In this document: one piece after another, positions 1-9,793 of the stretch
Layout: every line of letters starts with the position of its first letter
Numbering within the stretch: the first letter of the stretch is position 1
Assembly (NCBI GenBank): GCA_041615815.1
Contig: JBFJCP010000014.1
Coordinates: 42,090-106,089, forward strand
Direction of reading: 5' to 3'
Source of the DNA: Gemmatimonadales bacterium
GTDB lineage: Bacteria; Gemmatimonadota; Gemmatimonadetes; Gemmatimonadales; GWC2-71-9
DNA length: 64,000 bases
The notes under the pieces: model-generated
The model's database searches: none
What the model was told of the DNA's origin: nothing
Seen by the model: only the letters and a program-made list of their open reading frames with translations
Translations under genes and position numbers: made by a program

Positions 1-55
1 GCCGTTCGACGTGCACGCCGGCGTTGGGTGGGTCGGATTGGCGATCCCGTTCTGA
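1..55 (+). CDS. C-terminal fragment of a gene running off the left edge, possibly an outer-membrane protein
   Basis: Frame 2 reads PFDVHAGVGWVGLAIPF-stop (TGA 53-55). Alternating hydrophobic residues and a terminal Phe resemble a beta-barrel C-terminal signal. Confidence 0.35.
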   Translation, partial: PFDVHAGVGWVGLAIPF

Positions 56-203
56 GCGCCGACTCCAAGCAGACCTCGCCTGCGTACCGGTACAGCACGG
101 CGTGGATTGCCACGACCGAACGGGTTTTCTAGGATTCACTGGGAACGGGATGTAGAAGAGCGCGTGCGACACCAATCGATGCCGAGGGGGAGATCGAGAA
201 TCC

Positions 204-539
204 ATGGCCAGCAAACTCGCTGCGAAGCAGTGCGTACCGTGTAAGGGAGGTGTCCCGCCGCTTCGGGGCGGGGAGATCACGCAGTTGTTGGACCAGTTGG
301 GGGGTGGGTGGAAGGCCGTCGACGGTCACCACCTGGCGAAGGAATACAAGTTCAAGGATTTCGCCGAGGCGTTGGCCTTCACCAATCGCGTGGGCGCCAT
401 TGCGGAGGACCAGGGTCATCATCCCAATATCTACCTGACCTGGGGAAAGGTGGGCCTCGAGATCTGGACCCATAAGATCGACGGGCTGACGGAAAGCGAC
501 TTCGTGCTCGCAGCCAAGGCGGACGAAGCGCTCGACTAG
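204..539 (+). CDS. phhB: Pterin-4-alpha-carbinolamine dehydratase
   Basis: KEYKFKDFAEALAFTNRVG, GHHPNI and WTHKIDGLTESDF motifs; 111 aa. Confidence 0.93.
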   Translation: MASKLAAKQCVPCKGGVPPLRGGEITQLLDQLGGGWKAVDGHHLAKEYKFKDFAEALAFTNRVGAIAEDQGHHPNIYLTWGKVGLEIWTHKIDGLTESDFVLAAKADEALD

Positions 540-543
540 CGGG

Positions 544-2160
544 CTACGCAATACATCGCTCAATGAGGTCGTCGTAGCCATCTCGAGTCGGGTCCTGGGG
601 TAGGTGCCGCAGGGTCGTCAGTTCGGCTCGGGCGCGAATGCCCGGTTCGTCGATTCCCGCGAGCGCACCCAGGTGGATCCACGACCCAAGGCGGTCGCAG
701 ACACGTCGCAATAGCAGGGTGTCCTGCTCCTTCAGGCACCGGTCGAACGCCCGGCGATCGGGTCGCAGCCTGCCGGGCTCGAGCCGCTCCTCGAGCTGGG
801 CAAAGAAGCCGTCGTGGAGTCCCAGTCGGAGGGCATCGTTCAGTACCTGCATCCGCAGCGTGTGGTTGGTGCCCTCCCAGTTTTCGAAGACCACATTGTC
901 TCGCAGCAGGCGCGGCAGGACGCTGAAGGTCTCGATGGTGCCGTTGCCTCCCAGAATCTCGATCGCTCGGGTGATGGCATCGTGCGATAGATAGGAGGTC
1001 CGCACCTTGTTGAGGTTGAGACCCATCCGCAGAAAGGCTGTTTCGTCGTCGGGACCCTCACCGCTATCGACGCGCTGCTGGATCTGAGCGAGCCAGAAGG
1101 AACCCGCCAGCGCGGCTTCAGCATCGGCACGGATCATAGCAAGCGTTTCCTTGACCAACGGATAGCGGATGATGGTCTCGCCGAAGGCACGGCGGTGCTC
1201 GGCGTAGCCGCGTGCCACCAGGTAGGCTCGATGCGCGAGGGCCGCGCACGCGAACGCGTTGTAGAGACGGCTGGTGTCGATGATGAGCTCCATGGTATTG
1301 CGGAACCCGCGCTCGAGCGGCCCAAGCTGCTCGGCGTAGGCCCCCTCGAAACCGATCTCGGCCGTCACCATCGAGCGCGTACCCAGCTTGTCCTTCAAGC
1401 GCTTCAGCACGAAGCCGTTCGGCTCGCCACCGATCCGCCGGGGCACGAGAAACAACCCCAGCCCTTTGGTGCCCTCTGCGGCCCCCTCCGGCCGGGCCGT
1501 GACCAAGAACAGGTCCGCATCGGCGCTCGAACAGAACCACTTCTCACCCGTGATGCGCCAGCTGCCACCGGCCTCTCGGTGGGCGACCACGGCGTTGGCC
1601 CCCACGTCCGAGCCCCCCTGCACCTCGGTCAGGAATTGGGCACCCGCACAGTGGTCGCCATACACCGGGGTGAGCAGCCGGGGAAGCCACGCCGCTTTCT
1701 GCTCGTCGGTACCGAGGGACTGAAGAGCCCGAATTGCACCGGCGGTGCACGCTAGCGGGCAGTTGTGGCCACCTTCACCGACGTGAGCCGACAAGTAGAA
1801 GAGGGAGAGGATGAAGGGATGCGGATTGGGGATCGCTGCGTAGGCCGCCATCACCCCGCTCCCATAGATGAGGCTGCCAGCCCGGTGGTAGCTCGGATGG
1901 TGGGCGATTTTGGCCACGTAGCGGCCGATACCGTCGAACGTGTCCAGCACCGGCAGGTTCCCGGCTTGGTTGTTCTCAATGACCGCGGAATCCAGCGGCC
2001 CCGCCGCCACCGCACCAAAAGCCTCGAGGGCCGAACTACGGTTTCCCAGCCCTGCCCTGTCCACCAGCATCTGCAGCAGAGGGTCGGCGTGGTAGAAGTT
2101 TTTTGGCTGCGCCGCCAGCCATTCGCTGAGCGCCCTGCGGCCTTCTTCGACAGCCCTCAT
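544..2160 (-). CDS. Acyl-CoA dehydrogenase (AidB-like)
   Basis: CPLACT, FLTEVQGGSDVG, ITGEKWFCS, RLKDKLGTRS, GGNG and WEGT motifs. Start placed at ATG 2160, 7 nt after a GAGGAG Shine-Dalgarno. Confidence 0.9.
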   Translation of the reverse strand: MRAVEEGRRALSEWLAAQPKNFYHADPLLQMLVDRAGLGNRSSALEAFGAVAAGPLDSAVIENNQAGNLPVLDTFDGIGRYVAKIAHHPSYHRAGSLIYGSGVMAAYAAIPNPHPFILSLFYLSAHVGEGGHNCPLACTAGAIRALQSLGTDEQKAAWLPRLLTPVYGDHCAGAQFLTEVQGGSDVGANAVVAHREAGGSWRITGEKWFCSSADADLFLVTARPEGAAEGTKGLGLFLVPRRIGGEPNGFVLKRLKDKLGTRSMVTAEIGFEGAYAEQLGPLERGFRNTMELIIDTSRLYNAFACAALAHRAYLVARGYAEHRRAFGETIIRYPLVKETLAMIRADAEAALAGSFWLAQIQQRVDSGEGPDDETAFLRMGLNLNKVRTSYLSHDAITRAIEILGGNGTIETFSVLPRLLRDNVVFENWEGTNHTLRMQVLNDALRLGLHDGFFAQLEERLEPGRLRPDRRAFDRCLKEQDTLLLRRVCDRLGSWIHLGALAGIDEPGIRARAELTTLRHLPQDPTRDGYDDLIERCIA

Positions 2161-2289
2161 TGCGGCACTCCTCAAGAAAAACGTCACACGCGAAAAAAAC
2201 GTAACACGGGGGCGTCCGGCACGCCTACCCGGCGCCGCATCCGGTGCCTGGGAATCCCCCTGCCGGGTCGTCGAGCTGCCGGTGGGACG

Positions 2290-2484
2290 CTATTGAAGCG
2301 GCGGCTTGGGGACCAACACCACCCGGCAGCACAGCGGACCGTAGCATTCCCCGAAACAAATGAGACTGCCGAAGATGTAATACGGCTGAAGAAACGATTG
2401 GGCGCGCACAGGACTCGGCATTGCCGACGCGCCGACCGTCAGCGCGAGCATCAACCACGCGTGCTTCACGAAGCGCATGAACAT
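2290..2484 (-). CDS. Small secreted cysteine-rich peptide (64 aa: signal peptide plus ~36 aa mature part with C-x3-C-x4-CC)
   Basis: Strong SD GGAGGAGGT 6 nt before ATG 2484. Sec-type signal MFMRFVKHAWLMLALTVGASAMPSPVRA followed by QSFLQPYYIFGSLICFGECYGPLCCRVVLVPKPPLQ. Confidence 0.72.
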   Translation of the reverse strand: MFMRFVKHAWLMLALTVGASAMPSPVRAQSFLQPYYIFGSLICFGECYGPLCCRVVLVPKPPLQ

Positions 2485-3014
2485 CGCTGAACCTCCTCCG
2501 GTACGAGTGAGCCTTCCGGACAGGCGCACTCCTCATGGCTCATTCCTTGTTGAACGTCGATTGAATCGACGGCGAATCCGACCGGGCGGGCCGCTGGCAC
2601 CCACACGGCAATGACGGTGTCGTGCCGCACCACGTACAGGGCTGGCACGGATGCGCGGCCGAACATCTTGCGGTGCGCCCCGCGGTTCAGCCGACTCACG
2701 CGCGCCACGATGCGTTCGGCCTCGAGGAAGGCTCGGACCCGGTCCTCCCCACGTCCGACGACGACGACTTGAATTGCCGCTTCCATTGGGATGCCGGACC
2801 ATCGACGGAGCGCCCGGCTCGGCGTCCGGCATGTCAGGCAGTCTTGAGCGCGGATCACCCACGTAATGAGCAGCGGGGCCCGCCCGGTGGGACGCAGCAG
2901 CGGTGGGGCTCCATCCCCGACCTCGAGCGAACGGGTGCTTCCACCCCGCCCACACCACGCTACGCCGCCCATTGCTACGACGGCAATGATGAGCCGAGCC
3001 GTCCTACGCGCCAT
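2466..3014 (-). CDS. Membrane-anchored or exported thioredoxin-fold (redoxin-like) protein
   Basis: N-terminal hydrophobic anchor, LEVGDGAP, beta-strand leading into DCLTC (CxxC), and a later SVPALYVV cis-Pro-loop-like segment. Confidence 0.65.
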   Translation of the reverse strand: MARRTARLIIAVVAMGGVAWCGRGGSTRSLEVGDGAPPLLRPTGRAPLLITWVIRAQDCLTCRTPSRALRRWSGIPMEAAIQVVVVGRGEDRVRAFLEAERIVARVSRLNRGAHRKMFGRASVPALYVVRHDTVIAVWVPAARPVGFAVDSIDVQQGMSHEECACPEGSLVPEEVQRCSCAS

Positions 3015-4009
3015 CGGTTTGGAACCATGGCTTCGGGATCCACAAAAACCAGACGGCCGGCGTCATCCACGGCGAGCAACCGTGGGGTATCCTCGACCTC
3101 GAAAAGCCCCCGCCCCCCCAACGTCATCGCCAGGAGATTCCAGCGAACGGTGGAGCCTTCCATGTCGTAGTACTGGAGCAGCAGTGTGTCCCCGCCCGTC
3201 CAAAACACCTCCGAGAGCCGAGAGAACGACTGGAGCCACTGCTGCACGGCTCGGGCATTGACGCGCGGTGGCGGGTCATGGACGTCCCGAAAGTGCCGGG
3301 ACGGGAGGGGAACGCGGCGGTGCTCCGTGCTTCCCAAGCCAAACAGGTGCACGGCCGGATCCGTTGCGAACACGGCGATCACCAGTGAATCGCGCTGCGT
3401 CGCATGGGCGTGACCGACCATCCACACGACACTCGCCAGGCTCGGGCGGACCCGTGGAACCGGAAAGAGGCGTGCTGTGACGGTCTGCTCCCCCGTGTCC
3501 CACACATGGAGGAGCCGAGTGTCCGCTCGGTTTGGACCCCGCCCCATCAGCAACAGGGTTTCTCGATCCAGCCCGACGAAACCATAGAGCGGGATCAACG
3601 ACGTCACGGCGGTCCCGGTGACCTGACCAAGGGAGTCGAAGGTGCTCAGCCGACCGGAGAACTCGCTCACGATCATGGAGCCGTCTGCCAGCAAGCCTGC
3701 CGCCATGGGTGGCGTCGAGAACTCTCCCGGGCCGGTGCCATGAGCGCCGACGGTGCGCGTGAGTGTCCCGTCCAAGCGGTACTGACGTACTTGGTATTCC
3801 TTCATGTCCGCCACCAGGTATCCGCTCGTATCGACGCGGACACGAGGCGAGACATTGATGACCCGCGCGTTTTCTTCGAGCGAGATGGACCGTTCCCACA
3901 CCACCACCTCATCCAAGCGTCGCTCGACCGCCATCGGGCGCTCGCCACCTTGGGTACTACAGGCACCAATGCCCAGCGACACGAGGATGCCGGTCCGGTG
4001 GATGTGCAT
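2975..4009 (-). CDS. Lipoprotein with a 6-bladed beta-propeller (NHL-like)
   Basis: Lipobox-like LGIGAC. YLVADMKEYQVRQYRLDG..TVGAHGTGPGEF repeat pattern is typical of NHL/6-bladed propellers. Start moved to ATG 4009. Confidence 0.75.
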   Translation of the reverse strand: MHIHRTGILVSLGIGACSTQGGERPMAVERRLDEVVVWERSISLEENARVINVSPRVRVDTSGYLVADMKEYQVRQYRLDGTLTRTVGAHGTGPGEFSTPPMAAGLLADGSMIVSEFSGRLSTFDSLGQVTGTAVTSLIPLYGFVGLDRETLLLMGRGPNRADTRLLHVWDTGEQTVTARLFPVPRVRPSLASVVWMVGHAHATQRDSLVIAVFATDPAVHLFGLGSTEHRRVPLPSRHFRDVHDPPPRVNARAVQQWLQSFSRLSEVFWTGGDTLLLQYYDMEGSTVRWNLLAMTLGGRGLFEVEDTPRLLAVDDAGRLVFVDPEAMVPNRWRVGRLGSSLPS

Positions 4010-4233
4010 GCGGCCCGCCCTTGGAAAAGCCGGTGGCAAGCTGCAACGAGAAACCGACGACGGAGTAGGAAAAAACCGCTGTTGTGGACCGGAAAAACGC
4101 GGGGAGGGGAGGCTTGACGTGAGCAATGGGACGGTGAGAAGGTGTGACGGTTGGACGGTGAGGAGTGGCGCTGGCGACTTTCTAACCTTTTGACCTTCCG
4201 GCCGTCACGAACGTCCCGCCTTCCAACTTCTGC

Positions 4234-6342
4234 TCATCCGACGCGAAACAGCTCCATACCGCGTTCGTAGCGCCGCTCGATCCTCGCGCGCAGCGGTGCG
4301 TGGCGGGGCGTGGAGAGATTGGGATCCGCCTCGATGATCCGCAGGGCTGCTTCCCGCGCCGCCGTCACCAGATCGCCATCCGTGGCGAGATTGGCGTAGC
4401 GAAGGTTGAATCCGCCCGATTGGCGCACACCTGCCAACTCACCGATCCCGCGGTCCTGCAGATCTTGATCGGCGATCTTGAAGCCATCCGCCGTTCGGGC
4501 AAACCGCCGCAAGCGCTCGACCGTTTGGGGACTCGCACTCACCAGCAGAATGCAATGACTTTCATTGGCGCCGCGACCCACGCGACCACGCAGTTGATGG
4601 AGCTGCGCCAGACCGAACCGTTCGGGGTGCTCGATCAGCATCACCGCTGCGTTGGGAACGTCGATCCCAACCTCGATGACGGTGGTCGAAACGAGTACAT
4701 GGAGATCGCCGTCACGGAACCGGCGCATCGTTGCCTCACGCTCGTCCGCTCGCATGCGGCCATGAATCAACCCCACGGTAAACGGCGCCAATCGCTGTCT
4801 GAGCACGTCAGCCATCGTCGTGGCCGCTTTGAGATCTACCTTCTCTGATTCCTCGATCACCGGATACACGACGTACGCCTGACGACCGGCGGCACATTGT
4901 TGCTGGATGAACTCGTACACCGTGCGCCGGTCCTTCTCAAACCGCACGCCGGTCTTGACCGTGGGGCGGTTGGCCGGTCGTTGCTTGAGGATCGAAATGT
5001 CGAGATCGCCGTAAAGCGTGAGGGCGAGCGTGCGGGGGATGGGTGTGGCGGAAAGGAGCAAGACCTCCGGTGCTTCCCCCTTTTCGATCAGGGCGGCCCG
5101 TTGTTCCACCCCGAACCGATGTTGCTCGTCGATCACCACCAATCCGAGCCGCCGGAAATCCGTCTGTTCCTGAATGAGCGCATGGGTCCCCACGATCACT
5201 TTCGAATGTCCGGCGGCCACCCGTTCCCGTATAGACGCCTTCTCGCCCGCCGACAACCGACCCACGAGCACTTCCGGGACGATGCCCAGTGGCGCGAGCA
5301 GCTCGGCGATCGTGCGGCCGTGTTGTTCGGCGAGGAGCTCGGTGGGCGCCATGAAGACCGCCTGCGCATCGTTCTCCACCGCCAGCAGCATGGCGAAGAG
5401 CGCGACGATCGTCTTGCCGGTCCCCACATCCCCCATCAGAAGTCGATGCATGCGAACGTCTGAAGTCATGTCTGCCGTGGCCTCCCGAATGGCGCGCTTT
5501 TGATCGTCGGTCAGCTCGAATGGCAGCGAGCGCTTGAGCCGGGACGTGAGCTCGCGCTTGATCTCGAAGGACATCCCCTTCGTCGCGCGCTTGGCAAGAT
5601 GGCGCGCCCGTGCCACTACGAGCTGTAGATCGAACAGTTCGTCGTACGCGAGACGGCGGCGGCCGGCTTCCCAGCTCGGCTCAGCAGCAGCGGCACCGGT
5701 GGCCGCAGGTGGACGGTGGAGGAGATCCAATGCCTTGGCGAGCGGCAGGAGTTTGGCTCTCTGCCGTACCTGTGCCGGCAGGTGATCCTCCACCGTTTCG
5801 AGGATCGCATCCAGGTGATCGGCAATCACATTACGAATGACGCGATGAGACAGACCCTCCGTGGCGGGATAGATCGGGATCATGAGGCCTGCGCCGTCTC
5901 CTATCGTGTCTGGCGCATTCGCGGTTCCGGCCGATTCCTCCAACACGATCTGCTCCCGAGGCACTACCTGCCGACCGTGGTAGTACTTGATCGGACCAGC
6001 CACCAGCAGCAGTTGCCCGGGCTTGATCATCCGATCCAGAAATGCTTGGCCCGGCCACGCGCACTCGATGACACCCGAGGCGTCTCGCAGCACGGCGCGA
6101 AAAATTCGGAGCCGCTTGCGGGTGGGCATCACGGCTTTGGACACGACCCGTCCCACAAACGTGCCCTCCGCTCCCACGACGGCTTTCGCGATGGGCGTGA
6201 CGGAGGTGGCGTCCAGATATCGATGGGGGGTGTGATACAGGAGATCCTCGACGGTTCGAACGCCCAGCCGCTCAAACGCCTCGGCGCGCCGTGGCCCCAC
6301 GCCTTTCAGGAACTGAACCGGGGTATCCAGCCGGAATGCCAT
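4234..6342 (-). CDS. recG: ATP-dependent DNA helicase RecG
   Basis: LKGVGP, GDVGTGKT, DEQH, SATPIPRTL and QLRGRVGRG motifs. Confidence 0.97.
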   Translation of the reverse strand: MAFRLDTPVQFLKGVGPRRAEAFERLGVRTVEDLLYHTPHRYLDATSVTPIAKAVVGAEGTFVGRVVSKAVMPTRKRLRIFRAVLRDASGVIECAWPGQAFLDRMIKPGQLLLVAGPIKYYHGRQVVPREQIVLEESAGTANAPDTIGDGAGLMIPIYPATEGLSHRVIRNVIADHLDAILETVEDHLPAQVRQRAKLLPLAKALDLLHRPPAATGAAAAEPSWEAGRRRLAYDELFDLQLVVARARHLAKRATKGMSFEIKRELTSRLKRSLPFELTDDQKRAIREATADMTSDVRMHRLLMGDVGTGKTIVALFAMLLAVENDAQAVFMAPTELLAEQHGRTIAELLAPLGIVPEVLVGRLSAGEKASIRERVAAGHSKVIVGTHALIQEQTDFRRLGLVVIDEQHRFGVEQRAALIEKGEAPEVLLLSATPIPRTLALTLYGDLDISILKQRPANRPTVKTGVRFEKDRRTVYEFIQQQCAAGRQAYVVYPVIEESEKVDLKAATTMADVLRQRLAPFTVGLIHGRMRADEREATMRRFRDGDLHVLVSTTVIEVGIDVPNAAVMLIEHPERFGLAQLHQLRGRVGRGANESHCILLVSASPQTVERLRRFARTADGFKIADQDLQDRGIGELAGVRQSGGFNLRYANLATDGDLVTAAREAALRIIEADPNLSTPRHAPLRARIERRYERGMELFRVG

Positions 6343-7238
6343 CACTCCGCCAGGAGTCGCTCCGCGAACCGCTCAGGGTCGAACGGCTCGAGATCCTCGA
6401 GATCTTCCCCGACGCCGACGAACTTGATGGGGATGCCGAGCTCACGGTGGAGCAGCAGCACCGCACCTCCTTTCGCCGTCCCATCCAGCTTGGTGATCAC
6501 CAGGCCGCTCACCGGCACGGCTTTCGTGAATGCCCGTCCCTGTTGCAGGGCATTCTGCCCGACGGTCCCGTCGAGCACGAGCAGCGTTTCGTGGGGTGCT
6601 CCTTCGCGGCGTCGCGCGGCCACGCGGGCGATCTTGGCCAACTCCTTCATCAAGTCGCCTTGTGTGTGGAGCCGCCCGGCGGTGTCCACGAGAACGACCG
6701 TCGCCCCTCGGGCGGTCGCCGCTTCAATGGCATCGTAGACGACGGCGGCTGGATCTCCGCCGGCAGAACCGGTGACGCAGTCCACGCCGAGGCGGGTGGC
6801 CCATTCCTGCAGCTGCTCGCTCGCACCGGCCCGATACGTGTCCGCCGCCGCCAGTAGGACCCGATGGCCCTCGCGGCCCAACCGGTGTGCCAGCTTGGCG
6901 ATTTGTGTCGTCTTCCCCACCCCGTTGACCCCGAGCACGAGCACGACCGCCGGGCCGTGGCCGTCGCCCAGATCGAGTCCCGTCCCACCCGCTTCCGGCG
7001 GGCACGCCGCCACGATCTGCGTTTTCAGCCAATCCCGCACGCCCATCGAGTCCTTGAGCACCCCGCGGCGAAGTTGATCTTCTACCCCTTCCGCGAGGTC
7101 GAAAGCCAACGGCCCAAAGTCGGCTTCGATCATGACCCGTTCGAACGCGTCGAGTGTTCCATGATCCAAGCCCTTCACCAACACGCCTACATCCGTCAGG
7201 GCGACCTGCTTGATCCTTTGCCAGAGACTCTTCTTCAC
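6342..7238 (-). CDS. ftsY: Signal recognition particle receptor FtsY (short form, no acidic N-domain)
   Basis: GVNGVGKTT, DTYRAGA, DTAGR, TKLDGTAKGG and GVGE motifs. Start placed at GTG 7238. Confidence 0.96.
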   Translation of the reverse strand: MKKSLWQRIKQVALTDVGVLVKGLDHGTLDAFERVMIEADFGPLAFDLAEGVEDQLRRGVLKDSMGVRDWLKTQIVAACPPEAGGTGLDLGDGHGPAVVLVLGVNGVGKTTQIAKLAHRLGREGHRVLLAAADTYRAGASEQLQEWATRLGVDCVTGSAGGDPAAVVYDAIEAATARGATVVLVDTAGRLHTQGDLMKELAKIARVAARRREGAPHETLLVLDGTVGQNALQQGRAFTKAVPVSGLVITKLDGTAKGGAVLLLHRELGIPIKFVGVGEDLEDLEPFDPERFAERLLAE

Positions 7239-9064
7239 GGAAGCCCTCGGCGTTGCCGCCAAGCCCACTCACCCACGAACGCGGCAATGGCCAGCACGAA
7301 CAGCCACCACCGTCCCCGCGGATGATCCTCGACCAACGTGAATGCTTCACCCGCTCGCGCGGCGGCGGTCATGACGGCCCGAGGAGAGAATTCATCGGAG
7401 TATGCCTCCACCGCGGCCTGTCCCCGTGCTCCCCGCGCTTCCGGTGCCGCCCATTGGTAGATGCCGGGGGCGAGGAGAACCGAGGCCACGCCCCCAGCGT
7501 CGAAACGCAGCCATCGCGTCACCGTGGCGGTGTCGCCGGTCAGGGTCACGGCGAGACTGTCGGGAATGGAGTCCCCGCGCCACTCGAACACGATAGGCAT
7601 TCCCCGCTGCACCACGGGACTGGCCGTGAGCAGTAGGCCGCTGGCGGCGGACCCACGATCCGCCAACAGCCAGTCGGTGCCGGCGGCGAGGATGGCCCGA
7701 TAGGCCTCGCGCGCGGCGCCTCCCCGAAACCGCCAACGCCACAGCCCCTCGCCGGCGGTGGTCAGCGTGCGAATCCCCACCGAGTCTTTCCCGATGAGCA
7801 CCGCTCGCTCTGCCCCGCGGCGGCCCTGTCGCGCCGCGAGCGCGACCCACTCCATCTGGGTCGGTACGAGCGGGACCACCCCGGCCAACGGCGCGAGGGA
7901 GTCCCATTCGAGTCCAGCCAGCCGACCCGCCAGCGGTGAGACGGGGAGATCCGGCGCGAGATACCAATCGCCCTCGAACGTCTCGAGTCTGGGATCCGCC
8001 GCGGGCCAGAGCCAGACGGGGCGCCGACCCCGCCCCAGGGCCAGCTCGCGCCGACCTCGGACGATCAGGAGCCCAGCCCCGCGCGCGGCGGTCCGGACCT
8101 GTGCCTCGGACACGCGGCTGAGTGTACGCATGTCGAGCCAGCTGGTGGGCGTGACACGGGCAAACCCGCGGACCGTAGTGCGGGCCACATCCGAGAGCTC
8201 GGTCACGAGGAAGCGTCCTTCCCAGTCCGGCGGATCGACGACGACCACGATCGCAGGTTGCTCCGATACGTCCACGACGAGCAGCCGCTCATCGTCGCGT
8301 GACTCCTGGTCATCCGCCACCTCGACCCTCACACGCAACACCTGGGGTCCCGAGGGAAGAACCCGGGGCGGCAGCGTCACGGTCCGGCGTGCACTACCGG
8401 GCGCGGGCGGCAGAGCCACGGTCGTGCGCAGCAGTCGGCGCTCCCCAATGGCGACCGTGACGACGCCAGAATCAGCGGCCAACGGTCCCCACGTTGCGAG
8501 GGTCAGTGTGAGGGTGAGCGAGTCATTCCGCTGGAGACGCTGCGGCGCATTCACTCCCGTAACCGCCGCCGTGGCTACCGTGTCGCGTGCGAGCATCACG
8601 AAGCGGGTTCCCGGCGTGAGGGCGGGCGGTAGGCTCGCGGCGTCCTCGATTTCTCCGTCGGTCACCACCACGGTGGGTCCGCCGCGCGCCCTCGCCGCGG
8701 TGAGGGCGTCGCGGAGCCGTGTGGCTCCGCCTTCGGGGGCGGTGGTATCGAAGGGCGCCACCGCGGTGCCAAAACGCAGCACGGTACCGCCACGCGTGGT
8801 GAGCGCGAGTGCGGTGTCGACCGCGGCAGACCACTGTCCTCCGGTGCTCTGCATACTCAGGGAGGCATCGAGGAGGACGGTGGGCGCCCCACCCGATACG
8901 CGTCGGGTGCGGACAGGATTCACGAACAGCAGCACAAGCGCGCCCAGCGCGATCACCCGGAGCGTCGCGAGCCCCGCGCCGTGCCACCCCTGGCGCTCGT
9001 GCCAGAGGTAGACGTACCCCGCCGCAAGGGCCGCAAGCACGATCACGACGCTCACGGCAAGCAC
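7235..9064 (-). CDS. Membrane protein with a vWA-like domain
   Basis: Two N-terminal TM helices, LLDASLSM (DxSxS MIDAS) and VVTDGE. C-terminal TM ends EWAWRQRRGLP. Confidence 0.7.
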   Translation of the reverse strand: MLAVSVVIVLAALAAGYVYLWHERQGWHGAGLATLRVIALGALVLLFVNPVRTRRVSGGAPTVLLDASLSMQSTGGQWSAAVDTALALTTRGGTVLRFGTAVAPFDTTAPEGGATRLRDALTAARARGGPTVVVTDGEIEDAASLPPALTPGTRFVMLARDTVATAAVTGVNAPQRLQRNDSLTLTLTLATWGPLAADSGVVTVAIGERRLLRTTVALPPAPGSARRTVTLPPRVLPSGPQVLRVRVEVADDQESRDDERLLVVDVSEQPAIVVVVDPPDWEGRFLVTELSDVARTTVRGFARVTPTSWLDMRTLSRVSEAQVRTAARGAGLLIVRGRRELALGRGRRPVWLWPAADPRLETFEGDWYLAPDLPVSPLAGRLAGLEWDSLAPLAGVVPLVPTQMEWVALAARQGRRGAERAVLIGKDSVGIRTLTTAGEGLWRWRFRGGAAREAYRAILAAGTDWLLADRGSAASGLLLTASPVVQRGMPIVFEWRGDSIPDSLAVTLTGDTATVTRWLRFDAGGVASVLLAPGIYQWAAPEARGARGQAAVEAYSDEFSPRAVMTAAARAGEAFTLVEDHPRGRWWLFVLAIAAFVGEWAWRQRRGLP

Positions 9065-9765
9065 GCGGTCGCCTCCTCGAGTGTGAAACGTCCGTCGTAC
9101 AGCGCCCGCCCCACGATGACACCGTCCAGCCCAAGGCCTCGAGCGACGGCGAGCTCGTCCAGCCTGGCCACCCCACCGGCGGCGATCACGGACACTCCCA
9201 TCGTGGCCACCCGTGCCGCCCCTTCCAGGTCTGCTCCCTCGGCCCGCCCGTCGCGATCGAGATCGCGGTACACGACCGTGTGTATGCCATGGCCGCGGGC
9301 ACGCCGGACGAGTGCCTCAATGGCCATGGGTTCCCCGGCGTCCTCTACCCGGTGAGCAATGGTCCCTTGCCGCACATCGATGTTGACGGCGGGCTCGACC
9401 GTGTGGCCCAACAGCACGAGGAGCCGTTCGAACCGGCTCGACTGCGCCGCGGCCGTCCCAAGCACCACCCGGGTGGCGCCCGTATCCACCGCCTCGCGCA
9501 CCCATTCTTCGCCGTCAACGTTGCCACCCAGCTGCACGCGAGCGCCGGGCAGCGCGCAGATGCGGCGGATCACCGCTGTGTTGCTCTTACCGGTGCTGAA
9601 CGCGCGATCCATGTCCACGACGTGCAGCCACGTCGCTCCCTGGGAGAGAAACGTTGCGGCCTGCGTCACGGGGTCCGGGAGCGCGTCCCAGCGCTCGCGT
9701 GGGACCCGCTCTGCCAGGCGAAGGAGCCGCCCGTCCTGAATGTCGATGGCTGGGAGAACCTGCAC
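9052..9765 (-). CDS. hisA: HisA/HisF-family TIM-barrel protein (HisA-like)
   Basis: LPAIDIQDG, WLHVVDMD, VQLGG, RVVLGTAA, RDGRAEGAD, IAAGGV and IVGRALYDG motifs. Start placed at GTG 9765. Confidence 0.8.
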   Translation of the reverse strand: MQVLPAIDIQDGRLLRLAERVPRERWDALPDPVTQAATFLSQGATWLHVVDMDRAFSTGKSNTAVIRRICALPGARVQLGGNVDGEEWVREAVDTGATRVVLGTAAAQSSRFERLLVLLGHTVEPAVNIDVRQGTIAHRVEDAGEPMAIEALVRRARGHGIHTVVYRDLDRDGRAEGADLEGAARVATMGVSVIAAGGVARLDELAVARGLGLDGVIVGRALYDGRFTLEEATACLP

Positions 9766-9793
9766 GTCCGGAATGTACCCGCGGGGAGACGCC

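Noticed and set aside
2466..2535. Cys-rich tail of the redoxin (ECAC..CSC) as a metal-binding domain
   Set aside because: It overlaps the SD and start of the peptide gene and may be incidental extension; it cannot be supported without homologs.
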